A stretch of DNA of 64,000 bases, taken from NCBI GenBank assembly GCA_963920595.1, contig OY986948.1, positions 4,712,001 to 4,776,000 of the forward strand, given 5' to 3'. This document shows positions 26,549 through 37,800 of the stretch, piece by piece. The DNA is from Eimeria praecox (lineage: Eukaryota). The notes under the pieces were generated by a model. The model was not told the origin of the DNA, made no database searches, and saw only the letters and a program-made list of their open reading frames with translations. The position numbers were made by a program, and so were the translations under genes. Position 1 is the first letter of the stretch. Each line of letters opens with the position of its first letter.

Positions 26549-28755
26549 TCAATCTCCTGGCCATTTAAAGCGATATTCTAGTTTTCTCTGAACCGTGCGA
26601 ATCGGTACAAGTGTGCCCAGGATCTCAGTCTCCTCCAGTTGCTGCTTTTTTAATGACGCGGCTGGCGCGAGCTCGAAAGCAGTTTGGTGATTCATGATGT
26701 AAGCGAAACAGTTATCTCCAGAAAGAACAGCGTAGGAACCTACCCAGTGAGCGGCGAATCTTGCGCCGCTCGTTCCCTTGCGAGCCTCAAATGGCATACG
26801 AATTCACTAGGGCCCAACCGCCTAGGTTGGAAGCTACCCCGAGTGTCACTGGTCATAGTTTCTTACCTGGAGTTCTTGTGCCTTCTTCATGCAGTCCTGC
26901 GCTGCTGCAAGCTGCGCATGGAAATTCCAGAGACAGCGGGCTAACGTGGTTGGCTTGGGGCAGCAGGCTCTAACGCCGGCTCAGACAATGGTATTTCGGT
27001 GTAGACCAGGGACGCCAGGAAGCAACGAGTGGAAGAGTGCACTGGTGCATTACAAGCCCTTTCCGCACAGAAAAGCAATAACAGCTACTCTGACCAACGC
27101 TTGTGGGCTGAAAGTCGCAAGGGCTGCACAAGCGTGCAGTCGGTGCATTCAGGGTGGCCGTCTGTCTTCGGCTGGTTCATGATGGTTATGCTATGGACAA
27201 TATTAACCCGCTTCATCTATCCCTGTCAGTAATAACGATATTCAGAAAACCACGGAGTTTCCATACATGAGTAATAGATTACGGGGCCACTAAATCTCCG
27301 TAGCTGAACGCTAGCACGGGATGGAACCGGTTGACTACGCTCAGTCTATCAACAACAACGTAGGCTAAAGTGCAAACACTAACTGCTCATAAGCCTGGTA
27401 TGAAGTCCATTGACGTCTTTTCCGTGTAATGGGAACAGAAGATGTTACAAAGGCCCAGAATTGAGAGTGCTCTGCTGCTTCTGCTCCTGCTGTTCGGGGC
27501 AGCGGACGGCATATCCCTCTGTTCCTAGACCACAAAAGAGCATCAGCATCCCCTCAACGGCTGTATTAACACTTCAATGACCAGCTAAAACATGGTCGCG
27601 CACTTTGTGCAAAATGCCTGTGCGAAGCTAATCTGGAACGTATAGCCGGCGGATCTGGCGGAGCGCACGCTTCGTCGGGTACCACAAGAGATGGCTGCCA
27701 ACGCAGCAGCGCTTAACCTCTCTTGTTGCTGACCGCGCCGAGGGGCCTAACCGGGTGAATAGGTAGCATATAAGAAGAACACAGTTTAAGAAGGACACCG
27801 GAGTCGCGGGTATGCGCAGTTGCAGAAGACAGTGCCTGACGGGTAGGGCGGCGGGAGAGTGCATCAAAGACCATGCAGGTGCTGCCCTTGATCTGATCGA
27901 CTGTGAACCCGTATTGCGTAAGTTGGCACAGCCACTTAGCACTCCCATGATTTTCGTTGTTTTGAAGCTTCTTCTTCAGGCGTGGCGTGTTAGGGATTGA
28001 TTGTTTGTTTGAACAACAAAATACTTGCCATACAGGTAATATTGATACTTTTATAACTGTCAACCAGACCGCGCAGAGCTCCTTTCCGCTTGCCGAATAC
28101 TTCTGCTCGCTATCCGCGAAAATATGTGAGTTGTGGGCAACTATATGGTGCTTCTTCGGGTCAGTGGCCCACTGAGAGAGCATCACCCCAACTGCTGCGT
28201 CACCGACATCAGTCGTTAGGGAGAAAGGATTGCCGGAATGGGGAGGGTTGAGTACTGCAGACGGTCTCAGGTGCCCGGTGAGGCTTCAGGCTGCTTCTTC
28301 TTCGGGTTATGTCGAAATTAGTTGTTCGTCTTCCTTTCGCGCATCCTTTAGATGGGTGGTGAAGCGACAAGATCCAGCAATGACGTCGTGATAGTAATGC
28401 AATGAGGAGGAACTTCTAAACGCTCATATGAGCCTAGAGATGCAACGGCCACGCCCGGATGGCCTTTATCGTCACTGGTTCTGGCTCGAGGAGTGATGCA
28501 AAGACATAAAATTCCAAAACCCTAATTGTTTAGATGGAAAAAAACATCAATGCATGCTCGAACCACTTCCCCTCGCTTGACAGTTTCAGAGCAAGCTGCA
28601 GGTGCTGCAAATGCTCCAGCACGCTCCAGCGCAAGACAGGCGCATTATCCTTGCACACTAATTCCTACCCCTCATTGTTTGGCTCGACGAAGTCGTTATT
28701 GACCTGTCGCTGCAGTGCGGCAGGCGTACTCGCTAGCGCAAAGGTCATACAGGTA
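26549..28755 (-). mobile_element. Decayed Ty3/gypsy chromovirus pol: RT (3' part), RNase H, integrase, chromodomain
   Basis: RT: MTFALASTPAALQRQVN..LVCKDN..EHLQHL (MPFGLxNAPAxFQR and YLDD equivalents, 28750-28590). RNase H: PFSLTTDVGDAAVGVMLSQ..SEQKYSASGKELCAV..DALSRRP. IN: TSMDFIPGL, QPKTDGHPECTDCTL..ACNAPVHSST. FAAHWVGSY is the GPF/Y module. EILG..LEYRFKWPG is the chromodomain. RT-RH-IN order is gypsy-type. Many stops and frameshifts. Confidence 0.88.
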
Positions 28756-28756
28756 T

Positions 28757-31700
28757 TGGGTCTTCGGTCACGTCGGAGAGCATTTCATACCAGTTCAATC
28801 TTTACCATCTTTAAAGTGCCTAACCGATCGCCCTGTTGTAAACTTTTCGGATGCAAATTGCACAGCCTTTCCTCTTCTGTCCCTGCCAGGTCTGGCACAC
28901 GGTCAACTAGTAGGCCTGCCACTCATAGGGATGTTTTCGTGCCGATCTGCTCAAACGATAGGAAAGATTGAAGGCGCAATCACCTACTCAGCAAAACGCA
29001 TACTTTATGGTTCTTCCCTGCAGGCGTCCGGAAAATGAGCAGCACCCGTTCGAACTCTGAGTTCTTGGGCCTACCGCATCGCACCCACCTCGTCCATACG
29101 CCCTTGAAACGGCACCTACGTAAGCTGCCAAATCCTTCCTTCTGCGTGCCTATAGTCATCTGCACACCCACATTAAACGCAAACACTTCTACCTCACGTC
29201 TTGGGCAGTGAAAGATAGGAGACCATTGTCTCGCTGTATGGACAACGAATGCCTTCAGCTAACAAGACACAAGCGTTATGCGTACTTCGGTAGTTTCCGC
29301 TTCGTAAAGCCCGTGCATGCTTGCAGTTAGAGTCACTTTGGACTCGGTGCCAACAAAGGCGCGCCCTCTCGCAGCAGCCTGCGCTGTGCCCATGAGGATA
29401 CGCCGAAGACTTTACATCGTTTTCGGGATCTTCCAGCACTTATGTTACTTTGCCGTCGCCTCCCAACCCAACGTCAGCGCTGACGAAGGAAGGCTGCGTG
29501 GCTGGGAAATCCCAGCAGGAAAATCTGAGGCTTTCGCACACCCCGATACCTACGCAAGCAGCTCCCTTTCTGCGAGCGCTCCAAGCGTTACCCGACACGT
29601 TGAGCCCACCCAAAATAAAGTGGCACAAGTGCGCACACGGCAGCCCGGAATCACCTAGAGACGCCTTTTCATGCTGTTTTGATTCCTGATAGCCCAGTGT
29701 CGGGAGGTTCTTTGGGTCTGGAAAAGGTGCTGCCACTGTAAAATCCCCTGCATCACCGTTTTGCTTGCTCTCTGCATATCACGCTCAGGCTCTGCTGGCT
29801 TCCCTTAAACTGTCGCAAGATCTTTTCAACGCCACTATCGCACTTGCTGTACCGCCTCAGGAACAACCGAACGAAGTCAAAGCCACAGAAGAACACACCA
29901 CATCTTGCCGGGCATTAGGCATCTGGGTGTGCATCATTGTTGCCCTTTCGATGGCCTCACTCTGCATTTACGGGGTTTGCGTACTAATCCGGAGGTGCAA
30001 GGCCTGCTCGACAAGCAACCAAACGCTTTCTGCCACCTTCTCTCCACGCCATCCGGCAGAACCTGTATCGCTACCCCCATTACCACTGCATGCACTTGGA
30101 CGCCCAAACTTCAAAGACATACAAGACAGCAAGAACACCTCCAGCGCAGCTCATGGCAGTTTCCGTCATCACGGGCCTCCCCTAAAGCATCCTGGGCCAA
30201 TTCGAGAGCAGATCAGACTCCCCCCTCTCCCAGCCACAATGCAGTCCAAAGGCAACCTCGAACTCCCAGCTTCATTGCCAGTCGCTCACCTTTGTCTTCA
30301 GCAGTATGCAGGCCAACAGAAATGCGCAGAGTCCCCTTTGCCTCCTCCTCTTGGCTTGTCAAACACCCCCAAAAAACACCGTCTTGGGGATTTTTGGAGG
30401 CGCCCCTGACTCGAGCTGCCAAAGGCACGAACATCTACCTTTTTCCTAGTCAGGATAATGCTACTTACGACACAGCTAGACCCTTCCTTCTTCGGAGCTC
30501 TTGAAGAAACTGAATGCGGAAAGGCAGCTATGTAGCAGGTCCGCCCGTAGTTTAGAAAGCCAGTGGCTGCGCGGCCTCCACCCAAAGTCACATCGAATCC
30601 CGCAGACCATACAGGGTCTAGCCACCCTTCCTCAGTCGCCCAGAACTCAAAGTCTGCTGGCAGAAACAACGCCCCGCTCCCAGTGTAACCTGCGAAGGGG
30701 AAAAGCCAACCATGGTTAGGTTCAGTGGACAGTGCAGCAAGCAGGGTCTAGAGCGACCTGCTGCTGGCCTCCACATTCAAATACCTTCAAAAACAACACA
30801 GCGTGAAGGTGTTGAGCTTCCATCCTACATTGAGGAGCAAGGGCAGCAGCTCATCTAGGTTAAAGCTCGTTAGCAAACGCAAGCCGTGCTTGTGCCCCAC
30901 CACGCTGGCGAAACAGGAGCGCAGTTCGTCCTAAGCTGCTGGCGAGCTAGAGCTGCCACAGTGGGCTCTGTTTAATCCCCCGACCCTCTAAAAGTGATGC
31001 TCCGCAAAGGTGAGCTAGCTTGAAATGTATGTGCCAGACTTCGGCTTCCTGCTGCCAAGATGCGCACCGCCTCTCTACAATGAAGGTGACCCCGGCAAGA
31101 CCCAGGGTGGAAATTCAGCACTGTTGCCAAACCAAGGTCGACGGACCCTCACGCTTTTTTTGGCAAAACCTTCCCTTTCAGCATTTTACCTAGACGGATG
31201 CTGGTTCAACAATTTTGTACTTTTCCACGAACCCGATGCACACCATCGGCCCGATGCCCGCACGTGCGCAAGCCGGTAGTCACGTGTATCTCACATTATT
31301 ATATCTTCTAGTTAGGGATGAATCTTTCAAATCCACGTTTTCAGCTCGCCTCCAGATGGGCTTCAGAGCCGGGAGCTGCCTGAACCTGCGCGTGTCTGGG
31401 CTTGGCCTTCCACAGCACAACGCCCAACGCAAACTCGATGAACTCGTCAGGACGGACCAAAACGAACAATTCGTTGTGGGATATGCGATGCGGACAATTT
31501 AAAAAGAACGACTAGCTCCTATTTCCACTGGGGGGTGCAGAACAGGCTTTTCGCATTGCTCATCGGCAGCAGAACCATGATGGGGCCCTGCCGTCGAGTT
31601 ATGCTCAAACCGCAGCTGTCGACCGGACCACTGCGGCGGTCACCGTTACTCTCTGTCACCACAACTACACACAACCATAATACCAGACATTTTGTCTTCG

Positions 31701-31800
31701 ACTTTTCCAATGAATTGTTTTTTTTATTTGAACTCGCAAGCTTCTGATTATCTTGAACGCTTTGGTTTCTTTGCACTCTAGACAAATCTAAATCTGAATG
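28757..31800 (-). mobile_element. Repeat-unit content (unit 1, repeated x8): decayed integrase, USP/C19 peptidase and Ty1/copia-type RT N-terminal fragment
   Basis: IN-like: CCR*AMRK, ASRSF*IVRIA, LFVLVRPDEFIEFALGVVL (~31575-31410). USP Cys box TGFLNYGRTCYIAAF (30564-30520), QNGDAGDF (~29765-29740), His-box-like KHARALRSGNYRS (~29322-29285). Copia RT: DACREE, then in internal units FTTGRSVRHFKDDKDGTDMKCSYRVVAQG (e.g. ~31923-31837). Confidence 0.7.
29765..30409 (+). CDS. Possible single-pass membrane protein ORF (214 codons, no ATG start) present in all 8 units; may be only an antisense open frame
   Basis: Hydrophobic stretch GIWVCIIVALSMASLCIYGVCVLI followed by RRCK and a Pro-rich tail. Starts at TTG and lies antisense to the USP relic. 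No family recognised. Confidence 0.25.
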   Translation: MLSAYHAQALLASLKLSQDLFNATIALAVPPQEQPNEVKATEEHTTSCRALGIWVCIIVALSMASLCIYGVCVLIRRCKACSTSNQTLSATFSPRHPAEPVSLPPLPLHALGRPNFKDIQDSKNTSSAAHGSFRHHGPPLKHPGPIREQIRLPPLPATMQSKGNLELPASLPVAHLCLQQYAGQQKCAESPLPPPLGLSNTPKKHRLGDFWRRP

Positions 31801-34800
31801 TGCGAGCATTGGGTCTTCGGTCACGTTGGATTATTTCCCTGCGCAACCACACGGTATGAGCATTTCATATCTGTTCCATCCTTATCATCTTTAAAGTGCC
31901 TAACCGATCGCCCTGTTGTAAACTTTTCGGATGCAAATTGCACAGCCTTTCCTCTTCTGTCCCTGCCAGGTCTGGCACACGGTCAACTAGTAGGCCTGCC
32001 ACTCATAGGGATGTTTTCGTGCCGATCTGCTCAAACGATAGGAAAGATTGAAGGCGCAATCACCTACTCAGCAAAACGCATACTTTATGGTTCTTCCCTG
32101 CAGGCGTCCGGAAAATGAGCAGCACCCGTTCGAACTCTGAGTTCTTGGGCCTACCGCATCGGACCCACCTCGTCCATACGCCCTTGAAACGGCACCTACG
32201 TAAGCTGCCAAATCCTTCCTTCTGCGTACCTATAGTCACCTGCACACCCACATTAAACGCAAACACTTCTACCTCACGTCTTGGGCAGTGAAAGATAGGA
32301 GACCATTGTCTCGCTGTATGGACAACGAATGCCTTCAGCTAACAAGGCACAAGCGTTATGCGTACTTCGGTAGTTTCCGCTTCGTAAAGCCCGTGCATGC
32401 TTGCAGTTAGAGTCACTTTGGACTCGGTGCCAACAAAGGCGCGCCCTCTCGCAGCAGCCTGCGCTGTGCCCATGAGGATACGCCGAAGACTTTACATCGT
32501 TTTCGGGATCTTCCAGCACTTATGTTACTTTGCCGTCGCCTCCCAACCCAACGTCAGCGCTGACGAAGGAAGGCTGCGTGGCTGGGAAATCCCAGCAGGA
32601 AAATCTGAGGCTTTCGCACACCCCGATACCTACGCAAGCAGCTCCCTTTCTGCGAGCGCTCCAAGCGTTACCCGACACGTTGAGCCCGCCCAAAATAAAG
32701 TGGCACAAGTGCGCACACGGCAGCCCGAAATCACCTAGAGACGCCTTTTCATGCTGTTTTGATTCCTGATAGCCCAGTGTCGGGAGGTTCTTTGGGACTG
32801 GAAAAGGTGCTGCCGCTGTAAAATCCCCTGCATCACCGTTTTGCTTGCTCTCTGCATATCACGCTCAGGCTCTGCTGGCTTCCCTTAAACTGTCGCAAGA
32901 TCTTTTCAACGCCACTATCGCACTTGCTGTACCGCCTCAGGAACAACCGAACGAAGTCAAAGCCACAGAAGAACACACCACATCTTGCCGGGCATTAGGC
33001 ATCTGGGTGTGCATCATTGTTGCCCTTTCGATGGCCTCACTCTGCATTTACGGGGTTTGCGTACTAATCCGGAGGTGCAAGGCCTGCTCGACAAGCAACC
33101 AAACGCTTTCTGCCACCTTCTCTCCACGCCATCCGGCAGAACCTGTATCGCTACCCCCATTACCACTGCATGCACTTGGACGCCCAAACTTCAAAGACAT
33201 ACAAGACAGCAAGAACACCTCCAGCGCAGCTCATGGCAGTTTCCGTCATCACGGGCCTCCCCTCAAGCATCCTGGGCCAATTCGAGAGCAGATCAGACTC
33301 CCCCCTCTCCCAGCCACAATGCAGTCCAAAGGCAACCTCGAACTCCCAGCTTCATTGCCAATCGCTCACCTTTGTCTTCAGCAGTATGCAGGCCAACAGA
33401 AATGCGCAGAGTCCCCTTTGCCTCCTCCTCTTGGCTTGTCAAACACCCCCAAAAAACACCGTCTTGGGGATTTTTGGAGGCGCCCCTGACTCGAGCTGCC
33501 AAAGGCACGAACATCTACCTTTTTCCTAGTCAGGATAATGCTACTTACGACACAGCTAGACCCTTCCTTCTTCGGAGCTCTTGAAGAAACTGAATGCGGA
33601 AAGGCAGCTATGTAGCAGGTCCGCCCGTAGTTTAGAAAGCCAGTGGCTGCGCGGCCTCCACCCAAAGTCACATCGAATCCCGCAGACCATACAGGGTCTA
33701 GCCACCCTTCCTCAGTCGCCCAGAACTCAAAGTCTGCTGGCAGAAACAACGCCCCGCTCCCAGTGTAACCTGCGAAGGGGAAAAGCCAACCATGGTTAGG
33801 TTCAGTGGACAGTGCAGCAAGCAGGGTCTAGAGCGACCTGCTGCTGGCCTCCACATTCAAATACCTTCAAAAACAACACAGCGTGAAGGTGTTGAGCTTC
33901 CATCCTACATTGAGGAGCAAGGGCAGCAGCTCATCTAGGTTAAAGCTCGTTAGCAAACGCAAGCCGTGCTTGTGCCCCACCACGCTGGCGAAACAGGAGC
34001 GCAGTTCGTCCTAAGCTGCTGGCGAGCTAGAGCTGCCACAGTGGGCTCTGTTTAATCCCCCGACCCTCTAAAAGTGATGCTCCGCAAAGGTGAGCTAGCT
34101 TGAAATGTATGTGCCAGACTTCGGCTTCCTGCTGCCAAGATGCGCACCGCCTCTCTACAATGAAGGTGACCCCGGCAAGACCCAGGGTGGAAATTCAGCA
34201 CTGTTGCCAAACCAAGGTCGACGGACCCTCACGCTTTTTTTGGCAAAACCTTCCCTTTCAGCATTTTACCTAGACGGATGCTGGTTCAACAATTTTGTAC
34301 TTTTCCACGAACCCAATGCACACCATCGGCCCGATGCCCGCACGTGCGCAAGCCGGTAGTCACGTGTATCTCACATTATTATATCTTCTAGTTAGGGATG
34401 AATCTTTCAAATCCACGTTTTCAGCTCGCCTCCAGATGGGCTTCAGAGCCGGGAGCTGCCTGAACCTGCGCGTGTCTGGGCTTGGCCTTCCACAGCACAA
34501 CGCCCAACGCAAACTCGATGAACTCGTCAGGACGGACCAAAACGAACAATTCGTTGTGGGATATGCGATGCGGACAATTTAAAAAGAACGACTAGCTCCT
34601 ATTTCCACTGGGGGGTGCAGAACAGGCTTTTCGCATTGCTCATCGGCAGCAGAACCATGATGGGGCCCTGCCGTCGAGTTATGCTCAAACCGCAGCTGTC
34701 GACCGGACCACTGCGGCGGTCACCGTTACTCTCTGTCACCACAACTACACACAACCATAATACCAGACATTTTGTCTTCGACTTTTCCAATGAATTGCTT

Positions 34801-37800
34801 TTTTTATTTGAACTCGCAAGCTTCTGATTATCTTGAACGCTTTGGTTTCTTTGCACTCTAGACAAATCTAAATCTGAATGTGCGAGCATTGGGTCTTCGG
34901 TCACGTTGGATTATTTCCCTGCGCAACCACACGGTATGAGCATTTCATATCTGTTCCATCCTTATCATCTTTAAAGTGCCTAACCGATCGCCCTGTTGTA
35001 AACTTTTCGGATGCAAATTGCACAGCCTTTCCTCTTCTGTCCCTGCCAGGTCTGGCACACGGTCAACTAGTAGGCCTGCCACTCATAGGGATGTTTTCGT
35101 GCCGATCTGCTCAAACGATAGGAAAGATTGAAGGCGCAATCACCTACTCAGCAAAACGCATACTTTATGGTTCTTCCCTGCAGGCGTCCGGAAAATGAGC
35201 AGCACCCGTTCGAACTCTGAGTTCTTGGGCCTACCGCATCGCACCCACCTCGTCCATACGCCCTTGAAACGGCACCTACGTAAGCTGCCAAATCCTTCCT
35301 TCTGCGTACCTATAGTCACCTGCACACCCACATTAAACGCAAACACTTCTACCTCACGTCTTGGGCAGTGAAAGATAGGAGACCATTGTCTCGCTGTATG
35401 GACAACGAATGCCTTCAGCTAACAAGGCACAAGCGTTATGCGTACTTCGGTAGTTTCCGCTTCGTAAAGCCCGTGCATGCTTGCAGTTAGAGTCACTTTG
35501 GACTCGGTGCCAACAAAGGCGCGCCCTCTCGCAGCAGCCTGCGCTGTGCCCATGAGGATACGCCGAAGACTTTACATCGTTTTCGGGATCTTCCAGCACT
35601 TATGTTACTTTGCCGTCGCCTCCCAACCCAACGTCAGCGCTGACGAAGGAAGGCTGCGTGGCTGGGAAATCCCAGCAGGAAAATCTGAGGCTTTCGCACA
35701 CCCCGATACCTACGCAAGCAGCTCCCTTTCTGCGAGCGCTCCAAGCGTTACCCGACACGTTGAGCCCGCCCAAAATAAAGTGGCACAAGTGCGCACACGG
35801 CAGCCCGAAATCACCTAGAGACGCCTTTTCATGCTGTTTTGATTCCTGATAGCCCAGTGTCGGGAGGTTCTTTGGGACTGGAAAAGGTGCTGCCGCTGTA
35901 AAATCCCCTGCATCACCGTTTTGCTTGCTCTCTGCATATCACGCTCAGGCTCTGCTGGCTTCCCTTAAACTGTCGCAAGATCTTTTCAACGCCACTATCG
36001 CACTTGCTGTACCGCCTCAGGAACAACCGAACGAAGTCAAAGCCACAGAAGAACACACCACATCTTGCCGGGCATTAGGCATCTGGGTGTGCATCATTGT
36101 TGCCCTTTCGATGGCCTCACTCTGCATTTACGGGGTTTGCGTACTAATCCGGAGGTGCAAGGCCTGCTCGACAAGCAACCAAACGCTTTCTGCCACCTTC
36201 TCTCCACGCCATCCGGCAGAACCTGTATCGCTACCCCCATTACCACTGCATGCACTTGGACGCCCAAACTTCAAAGACATACAAGACAGCAAGAACACCT
36301 CCAGCGCAGCTCATGGCAGTTTCCGTCATCACGGGCCTCCCCTCAAGCATCCTGGGCCAATTCGAGAGCAGATCAGACTCCCCCCTCTCCCAGCCACAAT
36401 GCAGTCCAAAGGCAACCTCGAACTCCCAGCTTCATTGCCAATCGCTCACCTTTGTCTTCAGCAGTATGCAGGCCAACAGAAATGCGCAGAGTCCCCTTTG
36501 CCTCCTCCTCTTGGCTTGTCAAACACCCCCAAAAAACACCGTCTTGGGGATTTTTGGAGGCGCCCCTGACTCGAGCTGCCAAAGGCACGAACATCTACCT
36601 TTTTCCTAGTCAGGATAATGCTACTTACGACACAGCTAGACCCTTCCTTCTTCGGAGCTCTTGAAGAAACTGAATGCGGAAAGGCAGCTATGTAGCAGGT
36701 CCGCCCGTAGTTTAGAAAGCCAGTGGCTGCGCGGCCTCCACCCAAAGCCACATCGAATCCCGCAGACCATACAGGGTCTAGCCACCCTTCCTCAGTCGCC
36801 CAGAACTCAAAGTCTGCTGGCAGAAACAACGCCCCGCTCCCAGTGTAACCTGCGAAGGGGAAAAGCCAACCATGGTTAGGTTCAGTGGACAGTGCAGCAA
36901 GCAGGGTCTAGAGCGACCTGCTGCTGGCCTCCACATTCAAATACCTTCAAAAACAACACAGCGTGAAGGTGTTGAGCTTCCATCCTACATTGAGGAGCAA
37001 GGGCAGCAGCTCATCTAGGTTAAAGCTCGTTAGCAAACGCAAGCCGTGCTTGTGCCCCACCACGCTGGCGAAACAGGAGCGCAGTTCGTCCTAAGCTGCT
37101 GGCGAGCTAGAGCTGCCACAGTGGGCTCTGTTTAATCCCCCGACCCTCTAAAAGTGATGCTCCGCAAAGGTGAGCTAGCTTGAAATGTATGTGCCAGACT
37201 TCGGCTTCCTGCTGCCAAGATGCGCACCGCCTCTCTACAATGAAGGTGACCCCGGCAAGACCCAGGGTGGAAATTCAGCACTGTTGCCAAACCAAGGTCG
37301 ACGGACCCTCACGCTTTTTTTGGCAAAACCTTCCCTTTCAGCATTTTACCTAGACGGATGCTGGTTCAACAATTTTGTACTTTTCCACGAACCCAATGCA
37401 CACCATCGGCCCGATGCCCGCACGTGCGCAAGCCGGTAGTCACGTGTATCTCACATTATTATATCTTCTAGTTAGGGATGAATCTTTCAAATCCACGTTT
37501 TCAGCTCGCCTCCAGATGGGCTTCAGAGCCGGGAGCTGCCTGAACCTGCGCGTGTCTGGGCTTGGCCTTCCACAGCACAACGCCCAACGCAAACTCGATG
37601 AACTCGTCAGGACGGACCAAAACGAACAATTCGTTGTGGGATATGCGATGCGGACAATTTAAAAAGAACGACTAGCTCCTATTTCCACTGGGGGGTGCAG
37701 AACAGGCTTTTCGCATTGCTCATCGGCAGCAGAACCATGATGGGGCCCTGCCGTCGAGTTATGCTCAAACCGCAGCTGTCGACCGGACCACTGCGGCGGT

